Origin: Oligoflexia bacterium
Lineage (GTDB): Bacteria; Bdellovibrionota; Bdellovibrionia; JABDDW01
Direction of reading: 5' to 3'
DNA length: 26,307 nt
Assembly (NCBI GenBank): GCA_043732305.1
Contig: JAYTHU010000179.1
Location: 1 to 26,307, forward strand
The notes beneath the pieces are model-generated. The model was not told where the DNA came from and did no database searches. It saw only the letters and a program-made list of their open reading frames with translations. Within the stretch, counting starts at the first letter, position 1, and every line of letters begins with the position of its first letter. Positions 21,561 through 26,307 of this stretch are shown here, one piece after another. The translations under genes and the position numbers were made by a program.

Positions 21561-23036
21561 TTAGCGGGAGCGGAGAGGAAGTTGGAGGCGGGCTGCGCCT
21601 TCGGCTTTTGGTGTGGTGGCTTTGATGGTGTAGACGCGGATGCTGTTTGTGGTACCGCGCTCCATGACGGGCATGCCCAAAGTGAGAATGACTTTGTCTC
21701 CGGGTTTCGCCAGACCGTATTCGAGCAACCGTTTCTCCAAGTCCTTCATCACTTCATCGGAACTGTCGTATGGCGGAATTTTGTAGCTCTGGATTCCCCA
21801 CACAAGTTCGAGTCTGTCCAAAGTTTCTTGCATATGGGAAATGGCCACAATGTGCGCGCGGGGCCGAGAGCGAGAAATCATTGTTGCTGTTTTACCTGAA
21901 GTCGTGAGGCAAACGATGCAAGCCGCATTTAGTTTTTGAGCGGAAAGACATGCGCTTTCGGCGATGGCTTCGGCGACAGATAAAAACTCTTCGCGCATTC
22001 TCATGTGATAGTAAGTCAAACTGGTACGCTCAACTTCTGTGATCACATCGTTCATGGTTTCGATGCACTTCACTGGATATTTTCCACTCGCAGTTTCGGC
22101 AGAAAGCATCACGGCATCAGTTCCATCCAAAACGGAATTTGCGATGTCTGTGATTTCCGCACGAGTGGGTCTAGGATGCAAAATCATGCTATCCAACATT
22201 TGGGTGGCCGTGATCACGGGTCTTCCCAAAGCATTGCAAAGCTTGATAATTGCTTTTTGCGTGCCGGGGAGCAAACTCTGCCCGATCTCGACAGCTAAAT
22301 CGCCACGAGCTACCATGATGGCATCCGAGTGAAAAACAATTTCTTCTAAATTATCCAGAGCTTCCATTTTTTCGATCTTAGCGACAATGCGAGTGTTTTT
22401 AGATTTTTTTAAAATCAATTCACGCAGCTGTTTTATGTCTTCCGGTTTTCGCACAAAACTTAGAGCAACGTAATCAACCTTATGTTTCAAACCAAATTCT
22501 AAATCAATCAAATCTTTTTCGGTAAGACATTCAACACTTAATTTTGCCCCGGGTAAATTCATGCCTTTGTGATCTTTGAGCTCGCCACCATAAACAACTT
22601 CGGCGTGGACTTCGTCATCGACAACTTCATCAACCTTAAATTCTAAATTTCCATCGTCCAAGAGAATACTATTTCCGTTTTTAACATCTGTGGGCAAGGA
22701 TTTAAAATCAGTGTATAAAATATTTTCGTTACCGATTTTATTTCCAACTCTTATGATGACCTTGCGCCCTTCAATCATTTGAATGCTGCCATTTTGTACT
22801 TTTCCGACACGAATTTTCGGACCTTGCAGATCCTGCATGATTGTTATTGGCGCGGCATATTTACAGGAGATTTCTCGGAGAGCTAAAATGACTTTGAGAT
22901 GATCGTCGTGAGTGCCGTGACTGAAGTTGAGTCTGGCAACATTCATTCCCGCAAAAACGAGTTTCTCCAACATTTCGGGACTGGAGCTGGCGGGACCTAT
23001 GGTCGCGACAATTTTAGTTCGACGGTCTGCAATCAT
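21561..23036 (-). CDS. pyk: Pyruvate kinase
   Basis: RRTKIVATIGPAS, ARLNFSHG, DLQGPKIR, IVAKIE, IMVARGDL, ATQMLDSM and MLSAETA. Confidence 0.98.
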   Translation of the reverse strand: MIADRRTKIVATIGPASSSPEMLEKLVFAGMNVARLNFSHGTHDDHLKVILALREISCKYAAPITIMQDLQGPKIRVGKVQNGSIQMIEGRKVIIRVGNKIGNENILYTDFKSLPTDVKNGNSILLDDGNLEFKVDEVVDDEVHAEVVYGGELKDHKGMNLPGAKLSVECLTEKDLIDLEFGLKHKVDYVALSFVRKPEDIKQLRELILKKSKNTRIVAKIEKMEALDNLEEIVFHSDAIMVARGDLAVEIGQSLLPGTQKAIIKLCNALGRPVITATQMLDSMILHPRPTRAEITDIANSVLDGTDAVMLSAETASGKYPVKCIETMNDVITEVERTSLTYYHMRMREEFLSVAEAIAESACLSAQKLNAACIVCLTTSGKTATMISRSRPRAHIVAISHMQETLDRLELVWGIQSYKIPPYDSSDEVMKDLEKRLLEYGLAKPGDKVILTLGMPVMERGTTNSIRVYTIKATTPKAEGAARLQLPLRSR

Positions 23037-24685
23037 GTTTTCTTGTTCAACGCCGCGTCGTTTCTTTCGACGTTTTGTCGTTTTCTCACTTGTTCTATTT
23101 CTTTATCAAAACTTTCTTTCATTTGTCCTAAACGTGCCTGAAATTTCGCTTCTTGCTGATCACGATCCATGCCGACAAACTTCATTTGCTTTTCAGTTTC
23201 AGCAGAAAAAGTCTCGCCTTGTCGTCGAAATTTCTTTTCGTAATCACCTTTCATTGAGCCAATAAGAGACTCATATTTTTCGGTGATATCAGAAAGCTTT
23301 TGTTGATTATCAATACTCTGCTTAAGCATTTTGTCGCGCAAAGTGTTGACCTGCATCGAGCGACTTTTCTCTTGGCTCACACGAACACCATCGACCATTT
23401 TTTTGCTGTCACGTTTAGTAGATTCAATTTGATCTTCGTGAAATTCATTTTGAGAGACAATGCTCTCCGCATAGTTTTGCGCGAGCTTCTTACGTGAGTT
23501 GTCTCCTTGAAGTTGCGAGACAGTTTTCTCTCTCTGCGTTTCTTCAATCTGACCGTAATACTCTCCGTCGACCTTCCCTTTGAAATCATTGAATTTAGAA
23601 ATGTATTCCTGATTCATTTTTTGATAGGCGCGATTCTGCTTCAATTGAAGAGATTCTATTTCTTCTTTTTTAACGCGATTGCCATCATGGACGGCGGCCA
23701 TGCGTCGAGCTTCTAATTCTTCAAAGTTCCTTTTAAAATCGTTATTTAGGTTGGCACGTTGAATACGTGCATCCTGCTGAATTTTTGCTTTATCAAAGGA
23801 ATTCTCGGAAGATTGATTTTCGTTCGCTAGTTTTTGATTTTTCACGTCAATGTCGACACGAGACGAAGTTGTTTCTTTTAATTTTTCGAAATTATTGTGA
23901 AACTGATCGGTATTTTTCTCGCTTAGGTCCTTATATTTCTCTCTACTGTCTTTAAGAGCCTGACCTAGTCCCTCTTCCATGTTTGTGGCATTCTGGCTGA
24001 AAGCTCGATTTTGATTTTGAAGTAAAGTTCCGTACCTTTTTTCTAAACCGTGCTTCTGGTTTTCTTTGGCGGTTTTCAAATCAGTTGTTTCTATAAAATT
24101 TTCCTTGCGTGCGGAGTTCAACTCTAGATCTTTGGATTCTAAAGACTGCTTGAAATTTTTCGTCAGATGCTCTTTTTCTTCGCGAAAGTGATCTTGCAAA
24201 CGCTGCGCTTGGTGTTTGATCGACTCCTGTGAACCCTCACGATAATCTTTTTCCATATCGGAACTTTCTTTATCTCTCTTGGAAATTTCATTATCAAAAG
24301 TATCATAAAGGCGTTCTTCCGTTTTCTTTGCACCTTCTTTAGTGTTTTCTATTTCTTTGTTGTAATTGCGCTCTTGTGATTCAGTTTTGTCATAGTTGTC
24401 TTCGCTCATCTTTGCAATTTTTTGCCGACTTGCATTTTGCAATTCTTGAACGTCTTTCGTGTGCTGTATTTGTTTTTCGGAAACCACTTCGCGAGATTTA
24501 GCGTTGTCCTTGGAAAGAGTTTTGTCAAACCTGTCCCGCAAATCATTGATCTGGTGCTCATGGCGAGATTCTTCATCGGCAAGGTGTCGTTTGTTTTTTT
24601 CGACCGTGCCTTTTTCTCGCTCTTCATAAGCTTCTTTTAAATTCTGAATGTCTTGTCTATTGCTTTCGATTGAACCCACGCCCAT
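23033..24685 (-). CDS. Long hydrophilic coiled-coil protein (550 aa)
   Basis: E/K/Q/N/R-rich with essentially no Pro; AGGAGG SD; ATGA overlap with pyk. Confidence 0.8.
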   Translation of the reverse strand: MGVGSIESNRQDIQNLKEAYEEREKGTVEKNKRHLADEESRHEHQINDLRDRFDKTLSKDNAKSREVVSEKQIQHTKDVQELQNASRQKIAKMSEDNYDKTESQERNYNKEIENTKEGAKKTEERLYDTFDNEISKRDKESSDMEKDYREGSQESIKHQAQRLQDHFREEKEHLTKNFKQSLESKDLELNSARKENFIETTDLKTAKENQKHGLEKRYGTLLQNQNRAFSQNATNMEEGLGQALKDSREKYKDLSEKNTDQFHNNFEKLKETTSSRVDIDVKNQKLANENQSSENSFDKAKIQQDARIQRANLNNDFKRNFEELEARRMAAVHDGNRVKKEEIESLQLKQNRAYQKMNQEYISKFNDFKGKVDGEYYGQIEETQREKTVSQLQGDNSRKKLAQNYAESIVSQNEFHEDQIESTKRDSKKMVDGVRVSQEKSRSMQVNTLRDKMLKQSIDNQQKLSDITEKYESLIGSMKGDYEKKFRRQGETFSAETEKQMKFVGMDRDQQEAKFQARLGQMKESFDKEIEQVRKRQNVERNDAALNKKT

Positions 24686-24779
24686 GACTTTCTCCTCCTT
24701 GAGAAAGATTACAAACTACTACCATTAATATTAACATGACAGACCTGGTCTATGCCCAGACCAGAAACTCACAAATCAC

Positions 24780-24810
24780 AAAAAAAAAGACAGACCTAAG
24801 TCTGCCTTTT
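24780..24810 (-). terminator. Rho-independent terminator after the DsbA-like gene
   Basis: Minus strand AAAAGGCAGAC-TTAG-GTCTGTC followed by a T-run. Confidence 0.75.
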
Positions 24811-24854
24811 CTCTAAAAATTTATTTTCTGCTCTACTTAGCTTTGAAAACTCTC

Positions 24855-25883
24855 TTACTTAGCGAGTTGCTCATCAATAATCTCGGAGAACACCTCAATA
24901 GGCTGAGCTCCTCTCACTGGGAAGCCATTCACGAAGAAACTAGGTGTGCTGTTCACACCAACTTTTTGTGCTTCTTCCATATCTTTACGAATATCAGCAG
25001 CTTTTTTACCGGATTTTAAACATTCAGTGAATGCTTTTTCATCCATCTTCAAATCAACAGCACGTTTGATCAAATCTTTTTCAGCAAGGGCTGCTTGATT
25101 GTCAAAAAGTGAGTTGTGATATTGCCAGAACTTACCCTGATCTTTAGCACAGAGAGAAGCCTCGGCTGCGTGAAATGCCATGGGATGAATGCTTTCAAGA
25201 GGAAACTCGCGAAAGTAAATTGCAACCTTATCATGATACTTTGCAACGATTTCATCCACGCGAGTTTTTCCACGAGCGCAGAATGGGCATTGAAAGTCAC
25301 TAAAAATGACAATTTTGACTTTAGCTGTTGTAGGACCTTGAGGATCGATTGTTCCCAATCCTACTTCGACTGCTTTCTCTGCAGGTTTCACAAGTTTGAA
25401 TTGCACATTAGCTTTTGCTCGGAGTTCATTGACATATTTTTGTCGACCTTCATAAACTCTTTGCATCTTAATGATTTGAGGAATGGATTCTTTCTCTTGT
25501 TTAGAAAGCTTTTTCTCTTCAATATTACGAGATTTCAAGAAGTTTTGAACATCGTCTTTGCCAACTTCTTTATCCCTCATGCTGTCGAATTGGGACATGA
25601 GTTTGTCAAGTGACGTGCCTTGTTTTTTAGCTTCGTCTTCCAAAATTAGTTTTTGAACTAATTCTTCAGTGGCACGACGTTTAATTTCATAAGCATTTTT
25701 ATCTAATTCGGCCAATTCATTCTTAACTTTTTCTAGAACATCTTTGCCTTTGATTTCTTTTCCGTTGACGATTGCGTAAGTGACATTGTCTTCACTTGAG
25801 CCACCTCCGTTTTTATCGCAACCTGCGGCTAAAACAGCCGATACCAAAACTAAAACTGCTCCGATTGCAGTACTAAACCTCAC
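24855..25883 (-). CDS. DsbA/thioredoxin-fold lipoprotein with SurA-N-like N-terminal region
   Basis: Lipobox LAAGC; FSDFQCPFC; cis-Pro loop GVNSTPSFFVNG; YAIVNGKEI N-terminal motif. Confidence 0.88.
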   Translation of the reverse strand: MRFSTAIGAVLVLVSAVLAAGCDKNGGGSSEDNVTYAIVNGKEIKGKDVLEKVKNELAELDKNAYEIKRRATEELVQKLILEDEAKKQGTSLDKLMSQFDSMRDKEVGKDDVQNFLKSRNIEEKKLSKQEKESIPQIIKMQRVYEGRQKYVNELRAKANVQFKLVKPAEKAVEVGLGTIDPQGPTTAKVKIVIFSDFQCPFCARGKTRVDEIVAKYHDKVAIYFREFPLESIHPMAFHAAEASLCAKDQGKFWQYHNSLFDNQAALAEKDLIKRAVDLKMDEKAFTECLKSGKKAADIRKDMEEAQKVGVNSTPSFFVNGFPVRGAQPIEVFSEIIDEQLAK

Positions 25884-26015
25884 GAGGGCCTCCTGTGCTT
25901 CAATTTAAAATGATGATTAAACCATTCCAATTTTCTGGCTAAAACCGAAAAACTGCAAGAATATTCATGAAAATGCTATGTGTCATTCACATCTATAGGA
26001 TAGATTTTTTATACA

Positions 26016-26307
26016 ATGAAGAGCCATTTACCTTTGTTAAAATTTTTTGTTTTTATCCCACTCACCTTCGGGGTTTGCGAAATCGGAGCTATTCCCTCAC
26101 TGCCTACCCTAAAATTTCCATTGGGCGTGAGTCTGGAATATTTTGATCCTACTGAAGCTGAAGATTTTATTTCCATTCGCATTCTAGAAAATCTGGGACG
26201 AGGACTCATGGATTTGGATAATAATCTGAAAGCGATCCCAGGACTCGCAGAAAATTACAAAGTTTCGAAGGACAAACTCACTTATACCTTCAAAATAGAA
26301 AAAGCTC
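26016..26307 (+). CDS. Peptide ABC transporter substrate-binding protein (OppA-like, family 5), truncated by the window end
   Basis: Not in the supplied ORF track; translated by hand: MKSHLPLLKFFVF...FDPTEAED...NLGRGLMDLDNNLKAIPGLAENYKVSKDKLTYTFKI. Confidence 0.85.
   Translation, partial: MKSHLPLLKFFVFIPLTFGVCEIGAIPSLPTLKFPLGVSLEYFDPTEAEDFISIRILENLGRGLMDLDNNLKAIPGLAENYKVSKDKLTYTFKIEKA

Noticed and set aside
25991..26005. Palindrome ATCTAT-AGG-ATAGAT between the dsbA-like and oppA-like genes
   Set aside because: A 6-bp AT-rich dyad is plausible by chance, with no independent support.

Overview
Bacterial chromosomal segment, probably from the Bdellovibrionota (inferred from gene order and lineage-typical hypothetical proteins, not from a database search). 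The left half is a long minus-strand housekeeping run: miaB, DUF151, gamma-carbonic anhydrase, guaB, guaA, dnaE, two FlgT/CsgG-like envelope proteins, lipB and tRNA-Val(GAC). A short 19-bp tandem repeat array lies between the tRNA 3' end and its terminator. The middle holds three hypothetical proteins and a plus-strand thiolase-scoA-scoB-cNMP regulator cluster. The most unusual part is 18987-21700. A secreted glycoside-hydrolase-like/dockerin gene is broken by two in-frame stops. It is followed by an 836-bp unit in which a HUH/Y1 (RAYT/TnpA-REP-like) transposase gene is enclosed by 36-bp terminal inverted repeats (35/36 identical). Both flanking genes show a mirror-symmetric excess of C-ending codons next to that unit. 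The right end carries pyk, a coiled-coil protein, a DsbA-like lipoprotein and the start of an OppA-like ABC binding protein.
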